Shown: positions 46,871 to 56,580 of the stretch, piece by piece
How the letters are laid out: each line of letters starts with the position of its first letter
Position numbering within the stretch: the first letter of the stretch is position 1
DNA from: Bacteroidales bacterium
GTDB lineage: Bacteria > Bacteroidota > Bacteroidia > Bacteroidales > 4484-276
Assembly: GCA_036794825.1 (NCBI GenBank)
Contig: DAIRGA010000022.1
Location: 4,008 to 68,007, forward strand
Direction: 5' to 3'
DNA: 64,000 bases
The notes under the pieces: generated by a model
Told to the model about the DNA's origin: nothing
Databases searched by the model: none
The model's input: the letters and a program-made list of their open reading frames with translations, nothing else
Program-made: the position numbers and the translations under genes

Positions 46871-48040
46871 ATGAGGCAACCTAAGTCCAAAGAAATGAAA
46901 CCAATTGAAAGTTTTACTCTTAAAAATGGAACTAAAATGATTTCGCTTGCACTAATAATAATGCTTGGAATATTTTTCCTTTTGTTTGCCATTCTCTTGA
47001 TTATCAGCCCGGGCAAGGTTGAAACTTTTAGAGATGAAAAGGGGAACACCCTGCCAGGAAGCATCTCGGAAAAAATCTTTATCAATATTGGGGGAGTGAA
47101 GCAGGGAATGATTATCAGAGGCAAAAGTAAGGATAACCCGGTTTTGCTCTTTCTTCATGGTGGTCCGGGCTTTCCGAATTATTTCCTGTTCGAAAAATTC
47201 AATCCGGGGCTTGAGGATTACTTTACGGTTTGCTACTGGGAACAACGCGGTGGCGGACTTTCTTACACACCTGAAGTAACCATCGAAAGCATGACCCTCG
47301 AACAGCTTGTTTCCGATGCCATTGAAGTAACCAAATACCTGCGGGAGCGATTTGAAAAGGATAAGATTTACATGATGGCATGGTCAGGCGGAACAACCAT
47401 TGCTTTGCCTGCAGTTTCAAAGGCGCCGGAGCTTTTCCGCGCATACGTCGCAATGGGACAGATCACCAGGCAGCGCGAATCGGAAAGAATTGCCTTCGAA
47501 TTTATGTTGAAAAAGTTCACCGAACTGAACAACCAACAATCAATAAAGGAGTTGAAGAAGTTTAGAAATTTGGAATCGGAATCAGATTTGATCTCTTTTT
47601 ACAACTCCGGCGCCCGCGACAAATTGATGCACAAGCTGGGCATTGGAACCATGCGAAGCATGAAGTCGGTTTTCTGGGATATTTTTCTGCCAGTATGGAC
47701 ATGTCGGGCTTACACGCTCAGGGAGAAATATAATATCTGGAAATCGAAGATGGTGTTTCTGCCCAAAACAAACCTGAAAAACGAAACCCTGACCACCGAT
47801 TTTTCCGGAGCTTTTCCCGAAATCGCAATTCCCATATACTTTGTAAGCGGAAGGTACGACTTAACGGTGAATGTTGATTTGTCAACGGATTATTACTACC
47901 GTATTAATGCTCCGATGAAAGGGTTTTACACCTTTGAAAATTCGGCTCACGGCCCCCTTTTTGAAGAACCCGATAGAATGAAGGAAATTTTAATCACTGA
48001 TGTACTGCATGGAAGAAACGATCTTGCTGACAATGATTAG
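46871..48040 (+). CDS. Alpha/beta hydrolase (proline-iminopeptidase-like)
   Basis: N-terminal TM anchor, oxyanion motif LLFLHGGPG and nucleophile elbow MMAWSGGT. Confidence 0.7.
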   Translation: MRQPKSKEMKPIESFTLKNGTKMISLALIIMLGIFFLLFAILLIISPGKVETFRDEKGNTLPGSISEKIFINIGGVKQGMIIRGKSKDNPVLLFLHGGPGFPNYFLFEKFNPGLEDYFTVCYWEQRGGGLSYTPEVTIESMTLEQLVSDAIEVTKYLRERFEKDKIYMMAWSGGTTIALPAVSKAPELFRAYVAMGQITRQRESERIAFEFMLKKFTELNNQQSIKELKKFRNLESESDLISFYNSGARDKLMHKLGIGTMRSMKSVFWDIFLPVWTCRAYTLREKYNIWKSKMVFLPKTNLKNETLTTDFSGAFPEIAIPIYFVSGRYDLTVNVDLSTDYYYRINAPMKGFYTFENSAHGPLFEEPDRMKEILITDVLHGRNDLADND

Positions 48041-48298
48041 TGCCAGTCCATAAACCTGGCCTGCTGAAAATCAGCGTTTGCCCCATCCCTAAAGGGAGCA
48101 CAGATTTTCAACAGCTTACTCCCGGAATTTATCCCGGCAAAGTTGGGAGGGACGGGGTAAATAAGCGGTTGAAAATCAATCAGGGGAAATTGTGGTCAGG
48201 CACTAGAGAACATGTTTTAGCAGAAAACATATTCAAGTAACAGCGTGCGCGTGGCAATATTCCTGTAAATTTGAATATTATTTTTTAGATAAATCAAG

Positions 48299-50425
48299 AT
48301 GGACGACAAAATTCTGATAGAGCGTATCCCGCTGTTGAGGATCATTAAAGTGCTGATATTATTAGCATTAGGCATGCAGTTGATTGTCATCTCACAAATG
48401 TACTTCTTCAGGGCAGATTTGTTTGCCGATCCTTACTATCTGTTTATCCGGTTGTTTCGGGGTACTGTTTTAACATTTGTTGCCGGTATGTTCCTGGTGT
48501 ATCCTGGAGTATTTGTAATCAAAAAATTGAACCGGAAATGGCCCTGGAAAAGAAATCCTATGAAACGCTTCTTCATTCAGTTTCCTTTTGCTGTTCTGGG
48601 TGGGTTACTTATCACACCGGTTATTATCCTGCCGGCCACCCTGTTTTTTGGTTTGGAGAGCGATTTTCAAACTCTGCTCAACAATGCCTATTATCTGGTG
48701 ATCTTAAATCTCTTCCTGATGTTGGTCCTTGAAGCAAGAATTTACTTTGATGAAAATGACAAATCGAAACGCGCAGCCGAAAGTTTTCAACAGAAACTGA
48801 TTATGGAAGCGGCAAATCGTGCAAAGGTTGAGGCACAAATTCATATTGAAGAGGAGAAAAACAAATATGCCCAAAAGCTGATCGAACAGGAAAAAGAGCT
48901 AAACAAGCAACTGGAGGAAGAGATCAGAGCACGAACGGTCGTTACCCGGCAACTCAACGAGAGTCGCGACCAGCTCAACAGCATACTTTCCAACCTGGCC
49001 GGAGCGGCTTACCGTTGCCATTTCGACGAGCATTATACCATGAAATATATCAGCGAAAAAATCTTCGACATTTCGGGCTTTCATGCGGCCGAACTAATCG
49101 AAAACTCATCCGTCCCTTTTGCAACCATCATTCATCCCGACGATCTGGAGTTCTGCAGGAAAAACATTGAGGATGCTGCTGTACAAAAATCCCACTACGA
49201 ATTTGAGTACAGGATCTTGCACAAAAGCGGAGAAACTGTCTGGATAAACGAAAATGGAAAGGCCATTTACAATGCGTTGGACGAGGTTGAATACTTGGAT
49301 GGAATCATTACTGACATCACCAGAAGGAAACATGCGGAGCTTGCCGCTGCCGAGAGCGAACGAAATTACAAGGAGATGATGGATTTCCTGCCGCAACCCA
49401 TATTCGAGCTGGATATCAACGGTAATATCCTCTTCAACAACAAAGCCGGACAGAAATTTTTCAATCTGCCTGATCCCGATGAGTCAGAAGAAAAAATATC
49501 GGCCCTGAATTTCTTTATTGAAGAGGATATCCCCAGGGTTATTCAGAACATTAAAAAATCAATTGAAAATCACGAAACCAGTCCTAATGAGTACACTGTA
49601 AAAAAGCCTGATGGAAGCCTTTGTCCCGTATTGATTTACGGATCTCCGATTGTTCGAGATAATCAGGTTGTGGGGCGCCGGGGAATTATCATTGATATTT
49701 CGGAACGTAAAAAGCAGGAGCTAAAACTGTTACAAGCCAAGGAAGAACTTGAACGGATCAACAATACCCTGGAGCAAAGCGTTACCGAGCGCACAAAGCA
49801 GCTTACCGAAGCCAATACGCAATTGCTTAAAATGCAAAAGGAAAACCTTCAGTCGCAGTTTGAAGTGCTGAAACAGCAGGTCAACCCACACTTCCTGTTT
49901 AACAGTTTGAATGTGCTGACCTCTCTCATCAAAATTGACCCCGACCTGGCCGAGTCGTTCACCGAAAGACTCTCAAAGGTTTATCGCTATGTGCTCGAAA
50001 ACAAAGAGAAAGATGTGGTGAGTCTGAGCACTGAGCTGGAGTTTTTAAATTCTTACATTTTCCTCCTGGAAATCAGGTTTATGAAAAAGCTTTTCATCCA
50101 AATCAATATTGACAAGTTATACTACGACTACCAGATTCTACCCATTGCCATTCAACTGATCATCGAAAATGCGATCAAACACAACACTTTTTCCAAGGTT
50201 CAACCTTTGAAAATTGAGATTTTTGTTGATGACAAGCAGCGGTTAAATATCATCAACAACCTCAATTTGAGAGAGACCAAGCTGGTTTCGACCGGTGTTG
50301 GTTTGGAAAACATCAATCGCCGGTATGCGCTTGTCTCCGATCATAAACCCGAATTCATCAAAACCAACGACCAATTTATAGCAAAGCTACCTTTGCTGAT
50401 GCCTGACAAAATTGAAACTAAATAA
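48299..50425 (+). CDS. Sensor histidine kinase, LytS/YehU-type (His_kinase domain) with TM region, coiled coil and two PAS domains
   Basis: 708 aa. NPHFLFNSLNVL (the PF06580-type H-box) and an HATPase region (IENAIKHN...GVGLENI). PAS-like segments lie between residues 220 and 480. Confidence 0.85.
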   Translation: MDDKILIERIPLLRIIKVLILLALGMQLIVISQMYFFRADLFADPYYLFIRLFRGTVLTFVAGMFLVYPGVFVIKKLNRKWPWKRNPMKRFFIQFPFAVLGGLLITPVIILPATLFFGLESDFQTLLNNAYYLVILNLFLMLVLEARIYFDENDKSKRAAESFQQKLIMEAANRAKVEAQIHIEEEKNKYAQKLIEQEKELNKQLEEEIRARTVVTRQLNESRDQLNSILSNLAGAAYRCHFDEHYTMKYISEKIFDISGFHAAELIENSSVPFATIIHPDDLEFCRKNIEDAAVQKSHYEFEYRILHKSGETVWINENGKAIYNALDEVEYLDGIITDITRRKHAELAAAESERNYKEMMDFLPQPIFELDINGNILFNNKAGQKFFNLPDPDESEEKISALNFFIEEDIPRVIQNIKKSIENHETSPNEYTVKKPDGSLCPVLIYGSPIVRDNQVVGRRGIIIDISERKKQELKLLQAKEELERINNTLEQSVTERTKQLTEANTQLLKMQKENLQSQFEVLKQQVNPHFLFNSLNVLTSLIKIDPDLAESFTERLSKVYRYVLENKEKDVVSLSTELEFLNSYIFLLEIRFMKKLFIQINIDKLYYDYQILPIAIQLIIENAIKHNTFSKVQPLKIEIFVDDKQRLNIINNLNLRETKLVSTGVGLENINRRYALVSDHKPEFIKTNDQFIAKLPLLMPDKIETK

Positions 50426-50435
50426 AGCAACTAAA

Positions 50436-51200
50436 ATGAAAGTCGTAATTATTGAAGATGAGGCATTTGCCACTTTGCGTTTGAAAAAGATGATCCTGGA
50501 TTATGATCCTGAAATAAAGATCATGGCAGAGCTTGAATCGGTGGCTGAATCAGTCAGATGGTTCAAAGCGAACCCCGAACCCGATCTGATTTTCCTTGAC
50601 ATCCATCTTGAGGATGATCTCAGCTTCGCCATTTTCGACCAGGTAAACATCTCCAGTCCGGTAATTTTTACCACAGCATTTGATGAATATGCCATCAAGG
50701 CATTTAAGCTCAAAAGCATTGACTACCTGCTGAAACCGATCGTTCACGAGGAACTTGCTGCTGCACTGAAAAAGTACGAGCAATTCAGCGGACTTCACCA
50801 CAGTTCGGTTGATTTGCAGTCGCTTTACAACCTGCTAACCGGAAAGGAAAAGAAGTACAAAGAACGGCTTTCCATTTCTATTGGTTCGAAGATTAAGATG
50901 GTGGAAGTGACTGATATTGCTTATGTTTATGTCATGGAAAAGGGTGTTTATCTGCGCACTTTCCAGGGGAATACCTACAGTATTGATTTTCCTCTCGATA
51001 AGCTGGAAGAGATGCTTGATCCCGGAAAATTTTTCAGAATTAACCGGAAATACCTGGTTAACATTTCATCAATCAATGATATGGTGGCTTACTCGCGCAG
51101 TCGTGTTAAACTGGAGCTCAAACCCAGAGCCGATGATGAGTTTGAAACGATTGTCAGCATTGACCGTTCGGCGGAGTTTAAAAAGTGGCTGAATCAGTAG
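50436..51200 (+). CDS. LytTR-family response regulator
   Basis: MKVVIIEDE...DLIFLDIHL (receiver domain) and a C-terminal LytTR DNA-binding domain (FFRINRKYLVN). The track ORF begins at a TTG (50412); the ATG at 50436 is the more likely start. Confidence 0.85.
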   Translation: MKVVIIEDEAFATLRLKKMILDYDPEIKIMAELESVAESVRWFKANPEPDLIFLDIHLEDDLSFAIFDQVNISSPVIFTTAFDEYAIKAFKLKSIDYLLKPIVHEELAAALKKYEQFSGLHHSSVDLQSLYNLLTGKEKKYKERLSISIGSKIKMVEVTDIAYVYVMEKGVYLRTFQGNTYSIDFPLDKLEEMLDPGKFFRINRKYLVNISSINDMVAYSRSRVKLELKPRADDEFETIVSIDRSAEFKKWLNQ

Positions 51201-51225
51201 AATTTTCAAATTAAAACAGCTGATC

Positions 51226-51558
51226 CTATGAGAATTGGCGGGCATTTTCCAGCAATTCGAATCCTGTCCTTTTTATTTCAACAACAAAAGGAATATCAGA
51301 TTGAAAATCCTCAAGAGAAATTGGATGTGGTTCAATCCGGCTATCAATTTGAGAAGCAAGCAGCATTAATTGAACCTGGGTATCAAAACGGTCAGAATCA
51401 GCTAGGTTTTTAAAAACTAATGCCAGATCAATATCGCTATCCTGATTATAGTTCCCCCTGGCATATGATCCAAAAAGATACACAGACTCAACATCAAGAT
51501 ACTTTCCCTTTATCAGTTTTACGAATTCTGTGATTGCTCTATCAACTGTTTTATCCAT
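51226..51558 (-). CDS. Nucleotidyltransferase-domain protein (MNT partner of a HEPN/MNT toxin-antitoxin pair)
   Basis: 110 aa with the pol-beta-type NTase motif LFGSYARGNYNQDSDIDLALV. Overlaps the upstream HEPN ORF by 40 nt. Confidence 0.8.
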   Translation of the reverse strand: MDKTVDRAITEFVKLIKGKYLDVESVYLFGSYARGNYNQDSDIDLALVFKNLADSDRFDTQVQLMLLASQIDSRIEPHPISLEDFQSDIPFVVEIKRTGFELLENARQFS

Positions 51559-51863
51559 TTTCTTAAATCTATTAGTTTCTCAATCCACTCAGTTGTAAAT
51601 TGCGAAGTACATCGCTGTTTAAAACTCAATTTATAATCATCATATCGGGCATTGATATTAAAAGCCGTAATAGTCACGAGTTGTTCTTTTATTATTTCAT
51701 CGCATTCCAAATCAGCTTTCTCAGCAAGCCTCAATAAATTATGAATGTAAGGTGGATAATCTGATTTTGCCTGTAAAAAATAGGCCTTCAGCAACTTCTC
51801 AAGCATTAAATGTCCGATGAATAGTGCCCAACTGTATCTTTTTGAATTGAACATATCCATCAT
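51519..51863 (-). CDS. HEPN-domain protein, 5'-truncated (missing about 25 N-terminal codons, which lie 9.1 kb upstream)
   Basis: MMDMFNSKRYSWALFIGHLMLEKLLKAYF...AFNINARYDDYK matches the Bacteroidota HEPN (PF05168-like) pattern, but begins inside helix 1. Homology continues 2 codons upstream (GAT ACT, to 51869) and then stops. Confidence 0.7.
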   Translation of the reverse strand: MMDMFNSKRYSWALFIGHLMLEKLLKAYFLQAKSDYPPYIHNLLRLAEKADLECDEIIKEQLVTITAFNINARYDDYKLSFKQRCTSQFTTEWIEKLIDLRKWIKQLIEQSQNS

Positions 51864-52248
51864 AGTATCGTTTTTGCGCTTGGCATTCGTGCGGGATTTC
51901 GGAGGACAAAACTGTCAACACAGCACTAAAGCCAAATTGAAAAACTGAACTTGAATTTAAGCACGTCACCCCGCATGACGCCAAACGCATGTTACCAGCT
52001 GGCGTTATTGTCCACCGTGTCTGTAAACCATTTTCGTTGTTGAGTTTCACTGTCATGTCGTGTTGGTCTTTGCGGTTGCGTCTATTAATTTTTTTTTAAA
52101 AGGGTTGGAAAAATTTTTTTGAATTTCTTTTCTGGGTGGCAAAGGTGGAAGCTCAGTTCGGTAAGCTCACTGCACCGCTTTTGCAATCCTTTGGTTTTAG
52201 CGCTGGCTTGTACGAATTATAAATGTGCTACACCCATGCGATGGCTTT

Positions 52249-55200
52249 TTATTTCGTCATTTCGTATGCTATCATTTCAGCTTGTTTTAAAACAGTCTCA
52301 GTCGCTAACATTTGCATATCGGGCGGATAACCATATTTTCTTAAAAGCCTTTTTACGGCAACTTTCAATTTTGCTTTTACACTCTCTTTGATTGTCCAAT
52401 CTATGGATGCATTTTGTCTAATAGTTTCTGTCAGCACAATGGCAAGTTCTCTTAGTTTGTCTTGTTGCATGAGTTCTCTTGCACTGTCGTTGTTGGCTAC
52501 TGCTGTGTAAAAAGCATATTCAAAGTCTGTCAAACCCATGTGCCTGGCTTCACTGTCCATGTCAACAATTTCTTTGCTCAGGTTGATGAGTTCTTCAATT
52601 ACTTCGGCTGCTGTCAGAATCTTGTTGTGGTATTTTTTAATGGCATTTTCCAGCATTTCCATCAAAGACTTGCTTTTTACAAGATTCTTTTTGGCTCTCG
52701 ATTTTATTTCATCATTCAGGAGTTTTTTCAAAACTTCCAAGGCAATATTTTTATGTTCCATTCCTTTCAGCTCCAATAAGAATTCTTCTGAAAGAATTGA
52801 AATATCAGGTTTCTTTATTCCAGCTGCATCGAAAACGTCAATCACTTGTTCAGAAACCAATGCTTTGTCAATGACTTGCCGAATTGTGGTTTCAATTTCT
52901 TCGTCTGTTCTGCCTGAACCTGTTCCGTCAAATTTTGCCAATCGTGCTTTCACTGCCTGGAAAAACGAAACTTCATCTTTTGCATCCATTGCCTGGTCAT
53001 GAGGAATGGCAATGGCAAAGGCTTTTGAAAGTGCTGTTACTTCGTTGATGTAACGTTTCTTTCCATCTTCTAAACCTAAAATGTGTTCTTCTGCTGCAAG
53101 TATCAGCGACAATTTTTTTGAAGTGTCGGCTTCAAAATAGGTTTCATATTCAAAGCCATGATACATTTGAGAAACAACTTCCAACTTCTCTAACATCAAT
53201 TGAACGGCTTGCTCTTGTAAAATAGTTGGGTCGCCTTTGCCTCCGGAATCCGAATAAAATGCCAAGGCCTTTTTCAAGTCGGCTGCAATTCCTAAATAAT
53301 CTACAATCAAACCACCTGGCTTGTCTTTGTAAACCCTGTTTACACGGGCAATAGCCTGCATCAGATTATGTCCTTTCATTGGTTTATCAATGTATAGGGT
53401 GTGGAGGCATGGTGCGTCAAAACCTGTGAGCCACATATCCCGGACTATAACCAATTGCAGTTCGTCATCAGGATTTTTCATTCTTTCGGCAAGCGTTCTT
53501 CTTTGTTCTTTAGTGGTATGATGTTTTGAAATTTTCGGACCATCAGAAGAAGCGGAAGTCATGACCACTTTTATCACTCCTTTATTCAAATCGTCTGAAT
53601 GCCATTCAGGTTTCAGGTCAATAATTGCCTGATACAAATCCGCTGCAATTCTGCGGCTCATGGAAACAATCATTCCTTTTCCTTCAAACACCTCCTGTCT
53701 TTTGCTAAAATGTGCAATAATGTCTTTGGCAATATTCTTTATCCGATTCTCACTACCAACCAGGGCTTCCAATTGTGTCCATTTGGCTTTTGCCTTTTGT
53801 GTGTTGGTTAAATCTTCCTGTTCCAATTCACCATCCAGTTCCTCAACTAACCTTTTGCCCTCTTCGCTTAGGTTGACCTTTGCCAAGCGACTTTCGTAAT
53901 AAATGCGGACTGTTGCACCATCTTCAACGGCTTGGGCTATATCGTAAATGTCCACATAGTTTCCGAAAACCGCTGGCGTGTTTACATCTGTATTTTCAAT
54001 GGGTGTTCCTGTAAAGCCCAGATAGGTTGCATTTGGCAAAGCATCCCGCATATACTTGGCAAAACCGTAAACGATTTTTTTTCCAATTAAATTGCCGGCA
54101 TAATCTTTAGAATCAATGGTTTTGGCCTTAAAACCATATTGTGTTCTGTGTGCTTCGTCTGCAATAACAACTATGTTATTCCGATTAGAAAGCATTTCAT
54201 AAACATTGCCTTCTTCAGGTTGAAATTTTTGAATGGTGGTAAATACAACACCGCCCGAAGCTACTTTCAATAAGTCTTTTAATTGGTTTCTATCGTCTGC
54301 TTGAACTGGTTCTTGTCTTAGCAATTGTTTTGATGCTGCAAACGTATCAAACAGTTGGTCGTCCAAATCATTACGGTCTGTAATTACAAGTATGGTCGGA
54401 TTGTCTAAAACCAAAACGATTTTTCCTGTGTAGAAAACCATTGACAATGATTTTCCGCTTCCTTGTGTATGCCAGACTACTCCACCTTTTCTGTCGCCTA
54501 TAGGTTGATTTTTTACTCCGGGCACTCCATAGCTTTCAGGAGACTCCTGCACTAAATTCCCCTCCTCTGGAGCTGTACCCGATAGAGTGTGATGCTCCAT
54601 TCCCCTCCCCTGGAGGGGTGCCCGAAGGGCGGGGTGGTCAAAAAGCCTTTGCATTGTACTATATAGTTGATTCATCACATGTTCAACAGGAATATGAATT
54701 ACTGTCAAACCCAATGACTCCAGGTAGGCATCCCTCTGAGCATCATACTCTTCTTTGTCATCATGGCTGCTTCCATCTATTTCAATAACCACTTGACAAT
54801 TGCTGCAATAGAAATCTACAATGTAGTTTCCTATGATTTTTTGCCGGTCAAAATCAAATCCTTTGAATTGCTTATTCTTTACTTGATTCCAAAAAAGCAC
54901 TTCGGAGAGATTGCCTGCTTGGCGAAGTTTTCTTGCTCGTTCTTTGAGTTTGGGATTGTAAGGAAGTTCGAAGTAGTTTCTGCTGGCTCTTTTTACCACC
55001 CCGTCAGACTTCGTCTGCCACCCCTCCAATGGAGGGGAATTGAACCCCGATGCTCTCAAAGTGGATTCAACGGCTCGGTTTACAGCATAATATTGATGAT
55101 AAGCCGCCAATTTTTTTACTGTAGAAATGGTGGTAATACCCGTTACCGTATCTTCCTTTTTCGATTTTTCAAAAACAATAAAATGCCTGATTAAGTCAAT

Positions 55201-55965
55201 CAGGGTTTCTTTGTTCAACATGCCTTGAATTAACGTTTCTAACTGACTTACCAAATGCGATGCTTCAGCTTTACCGTCTGCCGATTTCCAAGCCATAAAG
55301 CGGCTAAATCCCGCAGAGATTGAACCTGCTTTGGCTTCCAGTCCATCAGAAATAACCACAAATCCGTTGTAAGTGAACAGACCTGGAATGATGGCTTTAT
55401 AGGTTTCTACTTGTTTGAAAGCAGAATTGATTGTGGTGTTCTCGTCCGCAGCATTTTTTAACTCAATAACCACCAACGGAATTCCATTGACAAATAAAAT
55501 TACATCAGGACGTTTGTTATTGCCGTTTTCAATGATGGTAAATTGGTTGGTTACGACAAATTCGTTGTTGTGTGGATTCTTAAAATCTATCAGCCAAACA
55601 CGGTCGCCCCTGTCGTCTCCATCAACACGTTTTGAAACAGGGATACCTTCGGTTAATAAACGATGAAAGATTTCATTGTTGGCAAGCAATTCAGGCGAAG
55701 CAATGCGTTGAATTTCTTTGATGGCTTCTGCCTGTGCATCGGATGGAATACTGCGATTAATTCTTTTGACGGCAGTTTGCAACCTGTTTACCAGCAAAAC
55801 CTGGGCGTAGCTCTCTCGGGTATCCTGACCACCCTGGCCTTCAGTCGCCAATCCCTGGGAGGTGAATTCGGGGGCAATATCGGGGGCATAGATGTACTCA
55901 TAGCCAAGTTGAGCGAGCAACTCAATGGCAAAGGTTTCTATTGTATGTTCAGTTATGGGTTTCAA
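52249..55965 (-). CDS. hsdR: Type I restriction enzyme R subunit (HsdR) with an in-frame DUF559 endonuclease-domain insertion
   Basis: 1238 aa. N-terminal PD-(D/E)xK region (PDVILFVNGIPLVVIELKN). Helicase motifs GGVVWHTQGSGKSLSM, VVIADEAHRTQYG, LGFTGTP and MQAIARVNR. C-terminal DUF3387-like tail. About 177 extra residues sit between TLRASG and GDRKGGVVWHTQ. Confidence 0.9.
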   Translation of the reverse strand: MKPITEHTIETFAIELLAQLGYEYIYAPDIAPEFTSQGLATEGQGGQDTRESYAQVLLVNRLQTAVKRINRSIPSDAQAEAIKEIQRIASPELLANNEIFHRLLTEGIPVSKRVDGDDRGDRVWLIDFKNPHNNEFVVTNQFTIIENGNNKRPDVILFVNGIPLVVIELKNAADENTTINSAFKQVETYKAIIPGLFTYNGFVVISDGLEAKAGSISAGFSRFMAWKSADGKAEASHLVSQLETLIQGMLNKETLIDLIRHFIVFEKSKKEDTVTGITTISTVKKLAAYHQYYAVNRAVESTLRASGFNSPPLEGWQTKSDGVVKRASRNYFELPYNPKLKERARKLRQAGNLSEVLFWNQVKNKQFKGFDFDRQKIIGNYIVDFYCSNCQVVIEIDGSSHDDKEEYDAQRDAYLESLGLTVIHIPVEHVMNQLYSTMQRLFDHPALRAPLQGRGMEHHTLSGTAPEEGNLVQESPESYGVPGVKNQPIGDRKGGVVWHTQGSGKSLSMVFYTGKIVLVLDNPTILVITDRNDLDDQLFDTFAASKQLLRQEPVQADDRNQLKDLLKVASGGVVFTTIQKFQPEEGNVYEMLSNRNNIVVIADEAHRTQYGFKAKTIDSKDYAGNLIGKKIVYGFAKYMRDALPNATYLGFTGTPIENTDVNTPAVFGNYVDIYDIAQAVEDGATVRIYYESRLAKVNLSEEGKRLVEELDGELEQEDLTNTQKAKAKWTQLEALVGSENRIKNIAKDIIAHFSKRQEVFEGKGMIVSMSRRIAADLYQAIIDLKPEWHSDDLNKGVIKVVMTSASSDGPKISKHHTTKEQRRTLAERMKNPDDELQLVIVRDMWLTGFDAPCLHTLYIDKPMKGHNLMQAIARVNRVYKDKPGGLIVDYLGIAADLKKALAFYSDSGGKGDPTILQEQAVQLMLEKLEVVSQMYHGFEYETYFEADTSKKLSLILAAEEHILGLEDGKKRYINEVTALSKAFAIAIPHDQAMDAKDEVSFFQAVKARLAKFDGTGSGRTDEEIETTIRQVIDKALVSEQVIDVFDAAGIKKPDISILSEEFLLELKGMEHKNIALEVLKKLLNDEIKSRAKKNLVKSKSLMEMLENAIKKYHNKILTAAEVIEELINLSKEIVDMDSEARHMGLTDFEYAFYTAVANNDSARELMQQDKLRELAIVLTETIRQNASIDWTIKESVKAKLKVAVKRLLRKYGYPPDMQMLATETVLKQAEMIAYEMTK
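54520..55050 (-). mobile_element. DUF559 (Vsr-like PD-(D/E)xK endonuclease) cassette with ~50-bp double-hairpin terminal inverted repeats, inserted in frame in hsdR
   Basis: Encoded segment: LPYNPKLKERARKLRQAGNLSEVLFWNQVKNKQFKGFDFDRQKIIGNYIVDFYCSNCQVVIEIDGSSHDD...RDAYLESLGLTVIHIP, the DUF559 pattern. TIRs are at 54599-54645 (attcccctcccctggaggggtgcccgaagggcggggtggtcaaaaag) and 54989-55040 (reverse complement attcccctccattggaggggtggcagacgaagtctgacggggtggtaaaaag). An extra half copy lies at 54555-54572. Confidence 0.75.
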
Positions 55966-56579
55966 TTACTGTTTACTATATCTGTGATTCCTTGCCAGAA
56001 AATTTGAAAACTTGTTGATCTGTTTCTTAATGGTTCCATGTAAACAGATATGTTTCTGGCTAGTTCGGTTTTTCTTATTCCATGCTTGTAATAACCTTTA
56101 GACTTCAATAGTCTTTCAAATGCTTCACATGTTCCTCCTTCAATTTGATCGGGAACACGAAATTGTGCTTTTTTATGAAAGTTAGCAGAAACTCTTGGGT
56201 ATGCTGCACTGACTGCTTCGGGGTCGCCAAAATACCACGATTCGAGTTCTTCTATGGCAATCCTGTTCATAACTGTAAAAGTCATCTCGCCTTCTGCTTC
56301 TGATTTTGTTATTAAGCCTGCTCCATTTGCACAACTTTCAAGATATTTCTTCAGTTCGTGGCAGTCCTGATTATCCCGGTCAACGAGCACAACTATTTTA
56401 AAATCTTGCGTTATCCAATTTTTATAGGCACGAAGCTCCATTTTCAGCTTCTTTAATAAATCCTGTTTACCCTGAAAGGTAATAATCTTATAAGTATGCT
56501 CGCCGGTGATGAGTTTTGGCAGCAAATTGTGCAATGCCATTTCTGCAGAAAGTTCTTCAACCAAAAATTCCAGATGCAT
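55962..56579 (-). CDS. DUF4276-family protein (Toprim-like fold suspected), partner of the upstream ATPase
   Basis: 205 aa. MHLEFLVEELSAE (N-terminal acidic E motif), KIVVLVDRDNQD (DxD-type motif) and RIAIEELESWYFGD match my recollection of the DUF4276 pattern. The start is 1 nt after the ATPase stop; the stop overlaps the hsdR ATG by 4 nt. Confidence 0.65.
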   Translation of the reverse strand: MHLEFLVEELSAEMALHNLLPKLITGEHTYKIITFQGKQDLLKKLKMELRAYKNWITQDFKIVVLVDRDNQDCHELKKYLESCANGAGLITKSEAEGEMTFTVMNRIAIEELESWYFGDPEAVSAAYPRVSANFHKKAQFRVPDQIEGGTCEAFERLLKSKGYYKHGIRKTELARNISVYMEPLRNRSTSFQIFWQGITDIVNSN

Positions 56580-56580
56580 T

